Source: Anolis carolinensis
Taxonomy: Eukaryota
DNA length: 64,000 nt
Direction of reading: 5' to 3'
Assembly: GCF_035594765.1 (NCBI RefSeq)
Contig: NC_085842.1
Span: forward strand, 315,751,749-315,815,748
Shown here piece by piece: positions 50,241 to 62,224 of the stretch. A model generated the notes under the pieces. That model was not told the origin of the DNA. It made no database searches and saw only the letters and a list, made by a program, of their open reading frames with translations. Within the stretch, counting starts at the first letter, position 1. The number at the start of each line of letters is the position of its first letter. The position numbers and the translations under genes were made by a program.

Positions 50241-50526
50241 ATAAGTCAACATAAGTAAAAAAAAAAAACTTAGGACATGACGCCCTTATGCAATTAGCCT
50301 CTAAACTACAATAACAATAAGTGATAAACAGAAAAGCCTTGCTGTTATTAATTGTGCATTATTAGTTGGATGTTTATATTGCTTTTGTAGGGTTAAAGCT
50401 CATTTGCCCATTTCTGAAAAAGTCAGATCTGGGCATGGTTAGATTTAGATTGCAAGTTTGAGGACAAATTAACATTTTGTAAGCTGTTCTGAGAGCCTTT
50501 GTGGCTGAAGAGTGGGAAATAATTCC

Positions 50527-50562
<36 letters not shown>

Positions 50563-50759
50563 ATGATATATGCATTGGTTTTTCAACTGTTTCAACTATA
50601 TTTTTTCCATCCTGGATCTGTGCTGGACAGCTCCTTTCTACTGAATATCAACAATGTACAATTGAATGTTTGCCTGTTTGCCAATTGTCCAATTGTGCAA
50701 AAGATAAAGCATAATAGTTGCATGGCTGGAATCCTTTTAGTTTATCCTCATGCACTGTA

Positions 50760-51275
50760 TTGTTTATTTCACTTATTTCATTTATATGCTACCTTTCTTC
50801 CAGAATGGGAACCACAGTAGCTCACTAAAACAATTGGCTAAGAATCCGAAAATAGCATTTAAAACACAATTTTAAAATCAGCACATTAAAAACAAAGCTA
50901 TAAACAGCATGGCATCACTGAAAAGTGTTCAAAAGTTTTAAAATAAAGCAACAACCCCACACTTTTCATTAAAGGGTTCTCTGTATGCAATTATTCATTA
51001 AAAGCTCTTTTCCTGACAGACAAATGAGAGAAGGGAGAAAAACAAGCTATCCTCCCATGTGAAGAAATTTGAAAGGATGGGAGCAACCACTGAGAAGGTT
51101 CTGTCCATGTTATCTCCAAACAAGCCTGAAGTGATGGCAGGACCAAGAGAAACCTTAAGCTGTATCAGGTTTCATAGTACATGACAAACACTTTAAATTG
51201 TGTTCGGAAATGTCCCAATAGCCAGTGAACCTGTTTTAACAAGGGAGTTGTATGCTCCCTGTAACTGGGAAACTG
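50760..51275 (-). mobile_element. L2 3' fragment, degraded
   Basis: Translated YREHTTPLLKQVHWL..RTQFKV, plus 3' UTR. Confidence 0.7.
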
Positions 51276-51983
51276 GATGCAATTATTTGGGAACTGTAGT
51301 TCAAAACATAACTTTTCCAAACTTGGATCAATTGTGACTAGATCTTTTCCACAATTTTTCTTCCTCCCACTGATAGACAATAGACACTGCCTATTTCAGA
51401 ACATTTATCAGAAACTGGGGTAACTACTCATCCCTTTCACCAACTTAAACCAATATTTAAACCAGCAGTCTATATCCAACACTAAATGTGAATGCATGTA
51501 CTTACTTTGTAGCTGAGGGCCATGTAAAACGAGAAGATATACATGATTTAAAAAGTTGTACCACCCCTCCTTTCATCTTCCACTTCTTCATTTTTTTTTC
51601 TTTTTTGGAGAATTTGTCTTTTTAGTCATGCCCAGTATCATTTTTCACAAATGAATGGTTTTCTCCTATTTATACACTGTGCTGTTTCTGGCTATCAAAA
51701 TGAATAATGCTTTTGCAGAATTTTATATTAAAAAGAATGAAAAGAAAGACAGAGAAAGGAGGCAGTTTTTCAAGAAAAGAATGGTGTGTGTGAATGTGTT
51801 TCAGTCATAATTTGTCCAGTTTTTTTTTTCCAGATAATTTTGCCAGCTTACTTCCCAGCAGGACATTGTCTGAAGATCCAATTGTTTGCACTCACTAGTG
51901 GCTTTTTCTTCATGCAGTTTAGAATTATGATGCTTTTGTTTAACTCATTTGTAACTCTATCATAAGTACCAAGTCATGTCTTA

Positions 51984-52453
51984 CCATGTTTTCCCCAAAA
52001 CAAGACAGGGTCTTATATTAATTTTTGTTCCAAAAGATGTGTTGGGGCTGGTTTTCCAGGGCAGTCATATTTATCCAAATTGACTTTTTGAAATTAACTA
52101 TATCTAGGGCTTATTTTTGAAATAGGGCTTATATTTCAAGCATCCTCATAAATGCCAAAAAAAATCATGGTAAAAGTAAAGGTAAAGGTTTCCCCTGACG
52201 TTAAGTCCAGTCGTGACCGACTCTGGGGGTTGGTGCTCATCTCCATTTCTAAGCCGAAGAGCCGGCATTGTCCATAGACACCTCCAAGGTCATGTAGCCA
52301 TTGGCATGACTGCATGGAGCGCCGTTACCTTCCTGCCGGAGCAGTACCTATTGATCTACTCACATTGGCATGTTTTCGAACTGCTAGGTTGGCAGGAAAA
52401 AAATCATGATAGGTCTTATTTTCAAGGTAGGACTTATTTTGGGGAAAACAGGG
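51984..52453. mobile_element. Tc2/pogo-like non-autonomous DNA transposon
   Basis: TA|CCATGTTTTCCCCAAAACAAGAC ... GACTTATTTTGGGGAAAACAGGG|TA, with repeated GG.CTTAT subterminal motifs. Confidence 0.8.
52170..52396 (-). mobile_element. 5'-truncated Sauria SINE
   Basis: Core and tail match; 12-bp TSD AAAAAAATCATG (52158-52169, 52397-52408). Confidence 0.95.
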
Positions 52454-52744
52454 TAATTCATATGACTTCATTCCTCTGCACTTGAGTCATGTAAAAAATG
52501 AACCCACTGGTAGGCCTGATGGTATATTAGGAAGTGTAGGCTCCCATCATGATATCCCCTAAAGCCATACTTTACAAGGACTATACAAAAGTATAGATTG
52601 CTTCACTGATCCATATCAACACTTTCATTCTAACAATTTTCAGTTTCCTTGTAAATGTGAAGTTCCCCAAATATCTTATGCAATAATAAGGGTGGTATAG
52701 AATAGTATGATGCCACTGAAAAGAAGGATATTTTTTTTAAAATG

Positions 52745-53112
52745 ACCTTATTTGAAATGAGGTGATGAAGGAAAGATCTAGTTATATCGTAGACTGCTAA
52801 AAAGACAAATCAATAGGTCCTATAGCAAATCAAGCCTGAACTCTCCCTAGAAGCCAAGATGATTAATCTGAGGCTGCTGTTTTTAAATAAAATTATGAAA
52901 AAGGGTGACTCACTAGAAAAGTCAACAATGTTTAGTAATGTGGAAGGCAATAGGAAAAGAGGAAGACTTCATTCCAGATGGATAGGCTCAGTCATGAAAG
53001 CCATGGCCCTGAATCTGCAAGACCTGTGCAGGGCTGTTGGTGATAACATGACTTAGAAGCCTCTCATTCATGAAATCTCCATAAATCGTAGCTGTTTGAT
53101 GATAGTTAACAT
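52745..53112 (+). mobile_element. RTE-clade LINE 3' fragment
   Basis: IKPELSLEAKMINLRL..IMKKGDSLEKSTM..VEGNRKRGRLHSRWIGSV. Confidence 0.85.
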
Positions 53113-53444
53113 CATTCTTCAACTTCATTCTGTTTATTTCACAAATAGCAAAAAGCACAGGGAGTGATGGAATCCGTTGTTTTGCCTTTACCTCCCAAAA
53201 CAATTTTTTTGAGAAACATCTCAACTGCAGAAGCAATCCAATAGTAGAAGTCATTACTTAGAGGGGGTCGTAATCTCCTTTTCTCAAAGGATCATCAAAA
53301 AGAGTTGCTCATCTTTCGGGAATGCTATAAATCTACATTTCTTGCACCAAACATGCAAATATTGCATTTCTATAATTCTATATTATCTCCAATATTCAAG
53401 TAAGCCTTATTGCGTGAAGTCTTCCTCCATTATTATTATTATTA

Positions 53445-54379
53445 TTGACACGACGACATAGTCTGACACAGCAAACAAGATAGATATGCTGGATTTCGTA
53501 TCACAAAATCACAAGTCGAACACTTCCCAAGTGTCTAGGACTGTGTGATGTATTTTCGGATGATTCATGCAGATCCCAGTAGGGTGGCATTTTGCAGTTG
53601 GCAGATCGTAATTTTGTCAATGTCTATTATTTCCAAATGCCAGCTGAGATCTTTTGGCATGGCTCCCAGTGTGCCGATCACCACCAGGACCACCTGCACT
53701 GGTTTCTGCCAGAGTCTTTGAAGTTCAATCTTGAGGTCCTGATAGCGGCTGAGTTTTTCCTGTTGTTTTTTGTCAATGCGACTGTCACCTGGGATGGCAA
53801 CATCAATGATCCAAACGTTTTTCTTTTCCACAACTGTGATGTCTGGTGTGTTGTGTTCCAGAACTTTGTCAGTCTGGATTCGGAAGTCCCACAGTATCTT
53901 TGCGTGCTCATTTTCCAATACTTTTGCAGGTTTGTGATCCCACCAGTTCTTTACTGCTGGGAGGTGGTACTTGAGGCATAAGTTCCAATGAATCATTTGG
54001 GCCACATAGTTGTGCCTCTGTTTGTAGTCAGTCTGTGCGATTTTCTTACAGCAGCTGAGGATATGATCAATGGTTTCATCAGCTTTCTTGCACAGTCTGC
54101 ATTTTGGGTCATCAGCAGATTTTTCAATCTTGGCCTTAATTGCATTTGTTCTGATGGCTTGCTCCTGGGCTGCAAGGATCAGGCCTTCTGTCTCCTTCTT
54201 TAGTGTCCCATTCATGAGCCAGAGCCAGGTCTTCTCCTTTTCCTTCAATTTTGTCAAGGAACTTTCCATGCAATGCTTTGTTGTGCCAGCTGTCAGCTCT
54301 AGTTTGTAGTGCGGTTTTCTTGTACTGTTTTTTTGTCTGCTGTGCTTTGAGGAGTTTCTGATTTTTGACTTCAATCAAA
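53445..54379 (-). mobile_element. R4/Dong-clade LINE, 5'-truncated, in (TAA)n
   Basis: Complete 3' UTR; (ATT)n at 53429-53446 and 54389-54440. Confidence 0.95.
53565..54374 (-). pseudogene. R4/Dong ORF C-terminus: CCHC zinc knuckle and restriction-like endonuclease; frameshifted, premature stop
   Basis: CRLCKKADETIDHILSCC, RHN, PDITVVEKKNVWIIDVAIP (PD..D), KLSRY. The upstream part is in another frame (54136..54390), and the stop after LLGSA is earlier than in the 33878 copy. Confidence 0.92.
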
Positions 54380-54386
54380 ATAGTAA

Positions 54387-54440
<54 letters not shown>

Positions 54441-54441
<1 letters not shown>

Positions 54442-54620
54442 TACTACTCTGCTCTATCTCCCCAAAGGGAGCTGAAAGTGGTTTGACATAAAAGCATTAG
54501 CACAGAATTTAAAATATACAAATATACAAAAATTCAAACAGAATTAAACACAAACAGCAGTAAAAAAAATCAGTTAAACTCCATCAAGACATAGTCAAGG
54601 TTAAAAACCCTATCACCACC
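54441..54620 (-). mobile_element. L2-type 3' end whose tail merges with the (ATT)n tract next to the R4 copy
   Basis: CTGCTCTATCTCCCCAAAGGGAG..AAGTGGTTT is a diverged version of CCGCCCCATCTCCCCGAAGGGACTCGGGGCGGCTT, followed by A-rich UTR. Confidence 0.65.
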
Positions 54621-55233
54621 TGACTAGATCTTAAACATGTTCCTGAACTTACCATGGAAACAAGAAAAAATAAATAATATTTACCCTGCTGAAATGAATG
54701 ATTACTGCTGGAATTTGCCATAGAGTTGCCCTGGATGACCTAAGAAAATTCTATGGTATGTTTCTACCAAAGGTAACCATTAGGCTTGTCCGATCGATGT
54801 AAAAAATGTTTCAATTCTCATTTCTAAAGTAGGGTGTGCCGGCGCTTCGATATAGAAAGTATTTCTGAATTTTTCACCCCAAAATTTCGGATATTTCCGA
54901 AAATTCATAATGATTCTTAATGTTTCTAAAATGGCGGACGCGCATGCGCAATCGCCAAAAGAAAGGAAACCGGGGGGGACTTTTACAGGGCTCTCCTGCC
55001 CTCATTTCTTGAGCTATCCTCATCAAATTTGGTACAGTGGGAGATCACATTCAACACTCTTTGCTCAAGAAATTGCAGAACGTTTCCTGTCTCCTATGAT
55101 TTTTGGCGAATTTTCATAACTTTTTATAATACCCTATTTTTCAATATTTGAAGAAACCTGTTCCTGGTTTGAAAGTCTTATTTCCTGTTCAATTGGGTTC
55201 TTATCACTGTAAAAGTCCCTCTTCAACTTGTGT

Positions 55234-55885
55234 AGACTTTGGATTAGAAACGCAGCACACACCAAGCAATGCCTTGGCAGGAGTGCCACTGTCCTTTGGA
55301 AACTATAAATTGCCTTTGAACCTTTTGATCAATGGTGCCACTGGCTGACCTTGTGATTGCAAAAATGAAACTCTGGCTGAGGACTTTGGATTAGAAACGC
55401 AGCACACGCCAAGCAATGCCTTGACAGGATTGGCAATGTCCTTTGGAAACTATAAATTGCTGTGGACCCTCTATTGAATCAAATCAATGTCTGACTTTGT
55501 GATTGCAGAAATAAAACTCAGCCCAAGGCTTGGGATTAGAAACAGAGGGTGAGGGAAGCAATGCCTTGGCAGGAGTGCCACGTCCTTTGGAAACTATAAA
55601 TTGCTGTGGACCCTCTATTGAATCAAATCAATGTCTGACTTTGTGATTGCAAAAATAAAACTCAGCCCAAGGCTTGGGATTAGAAACGGAGGGTGAGGGA
55701 AGCAATGCCTTGGCAGAAATGCGCACGTCCTTTGGAAACTACTACTTCCAGTGAGTGTACCCTTTAAGGTTTAAAAAGAACGGCTGATTGCTGAAATAAA
55801 ATAAAAGGCAGAGGTCTTTAGAAGCGGAGCGTCAGGAAAGCAATGCCTTGGTGCCCATGTCCTTTTAAAAATAAAAATTGCCTAA
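55234..55885. repeat. Tandem array, about 4.5 units of 138-147 bp, inside the hAT
   Basis: Anchor AGCAATGCCTT at 55265, 55412, 55557, 55701 and 55839. Confidence 0.92.
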
Positions 55886-56102
55886 AGCCTCAGCAAGGAC
55901 TCTGCAAGATCCCCCAAGCCAATTTCCCAAAAAATACACACAATATTGAGCCAGCAACAAAAGCCAGCCCTAACCCAGACCCAACAGCCAGAACACTTCG
56001 CCCTCTCTCTCCTCAATGCAGGCGGCTTGATCTAGCGCAGTGCAAACCACCCTCTTCGCTTGTAAACCAGCCCAGAATGGCATGCCTGGGTTAGGGAGGG
56101 TT

Positions 56103-56183
56103 TTTTATAGAGATCTTCCACGTGGACGCGGAGGACGCTAGCCTCCACCTTTTCCAGCCATCGTGGAAGTCTCTGATTGGCCA
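56103..56183 (-). promoter_or_regulatory. Putative Pol II promoter (CCAAT, E-box, TATA) facing into the hAT
   Basis: Minus strand GGCCAATCAG (CCAAT 56176-56180), CCACGTGG (56118-56125), TATAAAA (56103-56109), in canonical order. Confidence 0.5.
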
Positions 56184-57778
56184 GGGAGTGGCAGCCACTT
56201 TAGGCTGCGCTAGGCTCCCATTCAAGTTAGGTTGCAGAAACAAAAAAAAATTTAAAAAAATATTTTTTAAAAATATATAAAAAAAATTGGGGGGGGGGGG
56301 ATTAACGAAACATTAAGAAACAATTAGAGAATGGGCCAATGATGGTTCGAATTACATTGCCAGTTGCGCCCAGGGAAAACGTCTCAATACTCGGTTCAAA
56401 AAGCGAGAACAATCCGAAATCATTCCGAATTAAGAATCATTACGAAATTTTGGACAACCCTAGTAACCATAGAATCACTCTGGAGGCATGACTCTATCAT
56501 AAATTCTAGTGCATTGTATACCTTAGACTCACCCAAAAAACTTAAAAATGCATAGAAGAGACAAATTTTGTTGGATGAGCATAGGTGAAACTGTGAGTAC
56601 TGGTCTTCAATGTAAATAGAGATTCAAAGACTTTCTACACTCTCTTGCAAGGTATTGATGATGTCTACTGCTTGGGGATGTTGGCACAAAACCATATATA
56701 ATTGAACAAAGTCTTCAACATGTTTGCTTATCTCAGCAATCTTTTCATTGTTGCTTAGGCAGTTTCATTTTATTATTCTAAGGTGAAAACAGTTCTGAGA
56801 AAAGAAAAGAAAAACCACTCATGAACTTAACAAATTAAGATGTACAACTGATTAAACTGCTTAGGTTAATTATATTTCATTATATTAATGAGGAAAAAAA
56901 GACAATATAAATAGGAAACTGCTTTTCTTCTAGTTATTTAAAACATGCCCATTTGTGTTGAAAGTATTAGAGCTACAATTCTATACTACTTTTATTCAAA
57001 TAGGTCGACATAGGATGTTGTCGTTAATGTTGATATCTTAGCCTAACAATACAAAGCAGTATCATGACAAATGAGCTGGAATCCTGTTGGAATCTTTGTC
57101 ATGTCTCTGCTCCCCTTTGCAAGCGGATAATTTTGTCTGATATTGAGAAGTTATATACAATTTGATGTTGCAGAAACACAACTATATATATGATGTCATT
57201 GTGCTTTGGTGCAAATGATGCGCATTGCTTGTGGTTAAATATGGGCATTTGGTTGTACATTCAGTTGTACAATTTGTTTCTTGGCTGACTTGTGCAAGCC
57301 CGGTGATGCGGGGTGGGGGGGGGGGCAGCAGCTTCCCCACACCCCATGGGGAAGCGGAGCCATGTGGAACACTTTCGGTGGCCGTGTGATGAGGTCGTTA
57401 AACATTCAACAAAATACATATATTTCTACAAAATACATATTAAAATGCACAGAATATCAGGATGGATCACAATGTACTTATATATGGCAAACATTCAATG
57501 CCATTAGACAAACAACACAGAGACAGACACAGAGGCTATTTGACTTTCCAGCTTCTGGCTTTGTGAGGGTATTCTCCTTGCAAGTTTAAAATGATTAAAA
57601 CTGGCAGTATTGGTGTCTGCTTTCAGTGTTTGTATGGGACAAAGAAAGAGAGAATTAGTCTGAAGGCTTAGGCCCCTTCTGCACTGCCATATGATCCAGA
57701 TTATCTGCTTTGAATAGGATTATATGGAAGTGAAGATTCATATTATCCAGGTCAAAGCACATAATGGGGATTACCTGC

Positions 57779-57960
57779 TTTATTTATTTATTTATTTATT
57801 TATTTATTACAATATTTATATCCCGCCCTTCTCACCCAACAGGGGACTCAGGGCGGCTTACAATAAAACACATATATAAAAATTATACAGTGCAATATAA
57901 ATCAGTTAAAAAATATTAACTTACATCAGTATTCATAAAACACATTATAAAATACAGGTA
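57779..57960 (-). mobile_element. L2 3' end with (TAAA)n tail, inside a Harbinger-type MITE
   Basis: TCCCGCCCTTCTCACCCAACAGGGGACTCAGGGCGGCTTAC. Confidence 0.88.
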
Positions 57961-58957
57961 GGTGTGCTTTGATATATGTCAGTGGATATGTTTAGCTCAG
58001 GCTGGATCTGCACTGCCCTGGATCCCAGGAACTAAACTCAGATTATCTATATGGCAATGTAGACTCATATAATGCTATTCAACTCAGATAATCTGGGATC
58101 TATAGCAGTGTAGATCCAGCCTTAAGAAACAGGCTGTAATCCAAAGGCCTCTTGTTGTTTTAGTTGTGACAGACAAACCGAGCTACCCCATTCAACAGTC
58201 ATATATTTTCTATTTCACTACCTGTTACTAAACTGAGAACAGAAGGCTTTCAACAATATCTGTGCATCCTCCATTGTAATTTTCCGTATGTAGTATTGGA
58301 TACATTTTCTGTGTTGTAGCAAAAATTTGATTTTTCTGGACCCTGGAGCCCCTTATTCTGTTGCCTGTCAGGGAGACAAAATGTTCCTTATAAAATTAAC
58401 CTAGGACATCCCATCCCCAGTGTTTGTTTGTGTGGGCTATTATGAGACTCTGTCCATGTGCATTCAATCCTAACTTAATTAAGTTGGCAAGTCTCTGCAT
58501 TGCACTGTGGGGGCCTGTTATATTTCTCAACCTGCTGGGTATCAAGTATTCATCAACTGCCAGCATTAACTTTTGATCCATATGACACACAATAAATCTT
58601 GACTTGCCACCCCACAGAGTTTGATTTTATAACCTCAATGTTGTTAAGGTGAACCCTGCATCTTAAAGTCACTGCTTCCCTTCCCCAACCTGTGCATTTC
58701 TTCATCCTGCTTGATTGATCTGCCAATCTCTTTGGAAGGACTGAAGCATGTTCACAGCTATAAACATAAAATGAATTGTGCACACCAGTTCTTAGGATCA
58801 GGCAGGCATGCCAAAAGTGAAAGCTGGGAAGTCTTAGGTCAAGATCCGACATCGAACTTACATAGTATCACGTAGTGAACCCCTCTTCCTTTTGGAAGTC
58901 CATGTTTCCAAGATGCCAATCTAACCTCTTTTTAAAGGCCTTTAAAAAAGGAGAGCC

Positions 58958-59506
58958 TTCCTAATGGGCACAGCAGCTAGAATAGTACTAGCTAAAGTTT
59001 GGAAACAAAACAAGATACTCTCCATGAATGAATGGATTTTAAAACTATTAGATCTGATACAAATGGACATTTAAACACAGAAGTTAAGAGATGCAAAAAA
59101 GAAAATGGATTGGTCAAGCTTCAGAGACTTTATTCAAAAGAGCGGAAACACATTCATTATTGATCTATCTGAGATATGACAGATAAATAATCAGGAAAGT
59201 TCAACTGGACACTAAAATGGACATTGAAATGGACATTGAAGATGTGAATAACAAAACTTCTCAAGAGGACAATAGAAGTTATCCCTGTTTTTTTTTTTTC
59301 CTTTTTTTGTTTGCTTTTTTTCTTCATGGTTTCTATCTTTTTTTCATCTTTTTTATTTTTGTTAAATCTTGTTTCTTACTTTATTTTATATGCTTTATTA
59401 CTAACTTTCACTCACCCAGCTTTATTCTCCACTGCATTGTTTTCCTAGCTTTCATTGTAAGTAGCACTTGAATAGCAATAAAAAATATTTAACAAAAAAG
59501 AAAAAG
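58958..59506 (+). mobile_element. L1-clade LINE, 5'-truncated, inserted into a CR1 remnant
   Basis: TAARIVLAKVWKQ..NEWILKL..MD ORF2 end, T-rich UTR, AATAAA, A-rich tail, 14-bp TSD AAAAAAGGAGAGCC (58944-58957, 59507-59520) at a TT|AAAA site. Confidence 0.9.
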
Positions 59507-59628
59507 AAAAAAGGAGAGCCGTCCAATCTTTCAAGGCAAACTATTCCTCTTACAGGAAAACAATCTTACTGATGTTTAGGTAGAGTCTCCTTTCTTGCAA
59601 TCTGAATTAATTGGATTATTTTCTAGTT

Positions 59629-59764
59629 GAATGGTTCCCATACTTCGGTCCTCCAGATGTTTGGGATTTCAACTCCAAGAAGCCCCAGCAAGCTTGGTCA
59701 ATGGTCAGGTATTCTAGGAACTGAAGTCCAAAACATCTAGTAGACCAAAGTTTGGGAAACATTA
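59629..59764. mobile_element. Palindromic hAT (Charlie-like) MITE
   Basis: TTCCCATACTTCGGTC..AGATGTTTGGGATTTCA / TGAAGTCCAAAACATCT..GACCAAAGTTTGGGAA, 8-bp flanks TTCTAGTT / TTCTAGTC. Confidence 0.78.
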
Positions 59765-61987
59765 TTCTAGTCTCTGGAGTTTCTGGCCAGACTCTGGAAT
59801 CTAGTCAGTGATTCTTTTCCCTAAAAATTCAGACAGAATAGAAGTGTCTTTGGTCCCTAACAAAGCATATCTTGGTTTGATAGGAAAAATGCTAAGAATT
59901 TTGAATTATGAAATTATTCTACAGCAGATAGAAAAACATGAAGAGGATTGAAGACAAAGATTGAGAAATGGAAGTCACTGACTAAGTGCTCTCACAGTTT
60001 TTACTTTTTCTCCTTCTTCCCAAATAATAGCTAATATTAGATGAAGCGAAATAAACAATGGAATATTGAGAGCTCATACCTGCTCAGATGCTTTGTTCCT
60101 TTTTACAATATTGTCAATTTTGATCAATTGTGGTTCTCTGGAGTTTCAGGCAGAACAATTTCCAGTCCTATGTAGGGATGCCAGAGATTGCATCTGGTGT
60201 GCAAAGCATATGCTCCACCGTGAGCCAGAGAATGATATCCAAAGGCTTATGCTTCCTTATGTGATGGTCAGGAGTTGGAGCCAACTTTCTGCCTCTGAAC
60301 CACTCCAGGAGCAGATGGGCTGGTGAAAATGCTAAAATATATATTTGAAATAATACTTGAAATGCTTACAATCCACCTCTGGATTTGAAAATCCTGTGTC
60401 TTTTGACATTGTGAGGTAAGAATAACATGCTTTCCAAAGTGTTATTAGGTTACCAGTCCAAGTAATGCTATCCTGCATAGCCATTAGTTAGAATGATGGC
60501 AATTGCAATCCAATAATATTGGAAGGGCTTCTCAATATCCACCTTCATGTTTAACATTTCATTGGGGTACAATCTATTTAAAAGATGAATGATCTCTGGA
60601 TGATTTTTGGAGAGTCAGTTAACTCATTTTTGGGGAGAAGTATAGCATCTGGGCCAAGGGCTGTGAAAGAGCCATTTGGGCCTCATATGGCCTGTGAGTT
60701 GCATACTCCTGACCCTGTCTCTATGGCCAAGTTGTTGCCTTGTAAAGTCACCACACATATTGAATTCTTGAAGGATGCACATATCAGAAACTATTCCTCA
60801 GGAAAACATTTAATGCAACTGCCTTCAATCATTGTCCCAACAGACTTTTATACCAAATGTCTGCACCATAGGGATGTAATTCTTCACTGGGTTTTTTTCT
60901 CCAGAGGTAGTGAATAATAGCAGCTATTTTCTTCCAGCTGCAAGAAAGTCTTGAAAAATCATGCTGCTTTTGAATGTGATTCACAATTCTGCATAAAATT
61001 TGCCTGTGGTTGTTTTGCGCAGAAAAACAACATTTTCTGAGATGCTTATGCCAAATATTTCTCCAGTGGTAGTATTATCTGTACAAAAAATAGTGTTTTT
61101 TGAAGGGCAAATAATGTTTCAACTCAGTAATATTAACTCCTGAACACAAGATGCTGTTATCTATGTAAATCAACCAACAGCAATTTTTATTTTATTACAT
61201 TATTTAATTAATTTATATCCCAACTTTCTTCCAATTTAGGATACATATTAATGTAGATTTACAGCCAAATACAGCCTTTTCTGCACAGGAATTAATATTT
61301 TATATTGAAATATTTTCATGTATAAAATACTGATTCCTATACAGAAAATACTGTTTCCTGCACAAAAGAACCATGTTCGAATTTTGTGCAAAAAAAGTCC
61401 CAAACTGCAAATCATAGAGTTGGAAAGAAACACAAAGGCCATTTCCAAATATGTTTCAATATTATTTCTGTTCCTTCTGCAACAGTAGAGATAATCATGT
61501 TTAATATGTGAAAGCCAGAAGAGACAAACATGTATTATACTTGCACCATGCATTTTTCACAATGAAACTCTTTAATAAGCTAACTCAGGTTCCTCCCCTT
61601 CTGCAATTAATTTTATGGGGTTGGATTTATAGCCACAGAACATATAAATGAAGCCATATATCAAGCCTCCTGCTGTAATCCTGACAACAAAATCATTTGA
61701 GAGTAAAATATCAAATATCCTTTTAAACACTTTTCAAACCATATCAGGGGTGACTTTGAAGCAGGATGTGCAAACAAACTTCCCTCTTTCCATGTTTGTA
61801 AACTTATGCTAGCAATTGACAGAATAATATGCCAAGATCTAGCTTCAAGGTGCCTGGACTTCTCAAAGTGAATCTTGCTGTCTTAATGTACATGAACAAT
61901 TCTCAATAACTCTTTCACTGGTTACTTCCTATCATAATTAAGATTAATTCAGATCTAGTTTGCCTTTGTCTTTATCTGGAATAAGGG

Positions 61988-62090
61988 AGTGTGACTTGCC
62001 CAGTCTCACCCACTGACTGAGTGGGGATTTGAACCTTGATCTCCCAGAGTCATAGTCCACCTCTTAAACCACTGCAACATGGCGGCTCTA
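61988..62090 (-). mobile_element. Old CORE/MIR-like tRNA SINE fragment
   Basis: GTGACTTGCCCA..GGGATTTGAACC..TAGTCCA..AACCACT; similar fragments near 27075 and 29540. Confidence 0.6.
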
Positions 62091-62224
62091 AGTCATCTCT
62101 AGATTATTTGAATTTTTTTTGTTCCCAAATACAGTAACTAGCATCCACAGTGATTGATAAATATCAGATAAATGTAGATTCTGGTTACTTGAGAGTTACT
62201 ATTAAAATAGGGTTAACTAATATA

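Larger units (their letters stand above)
54781..56462. mobile_element. Young non-autonomous hAT element (1682 bp)
   Basis: TIR TAGGCTTGTCC / GGACAACCCTA, perfect 8-bp TSD GTAACCAT (54773-54780, 56463-56470), inverted subterminal TAATGATTCTTAAT / ATTAAGAATCATTA, retained CpGs. Confidence 0.94.

Noticed and set aside
55234-55885. Repeat/variable alternation resembling a CRISPR array
   Set aside because: Eukaryotic context, no cas genes, degenerate repeats, and the variable segments are shared between neighbouring units. It is a tandem repeat inside a hAT.
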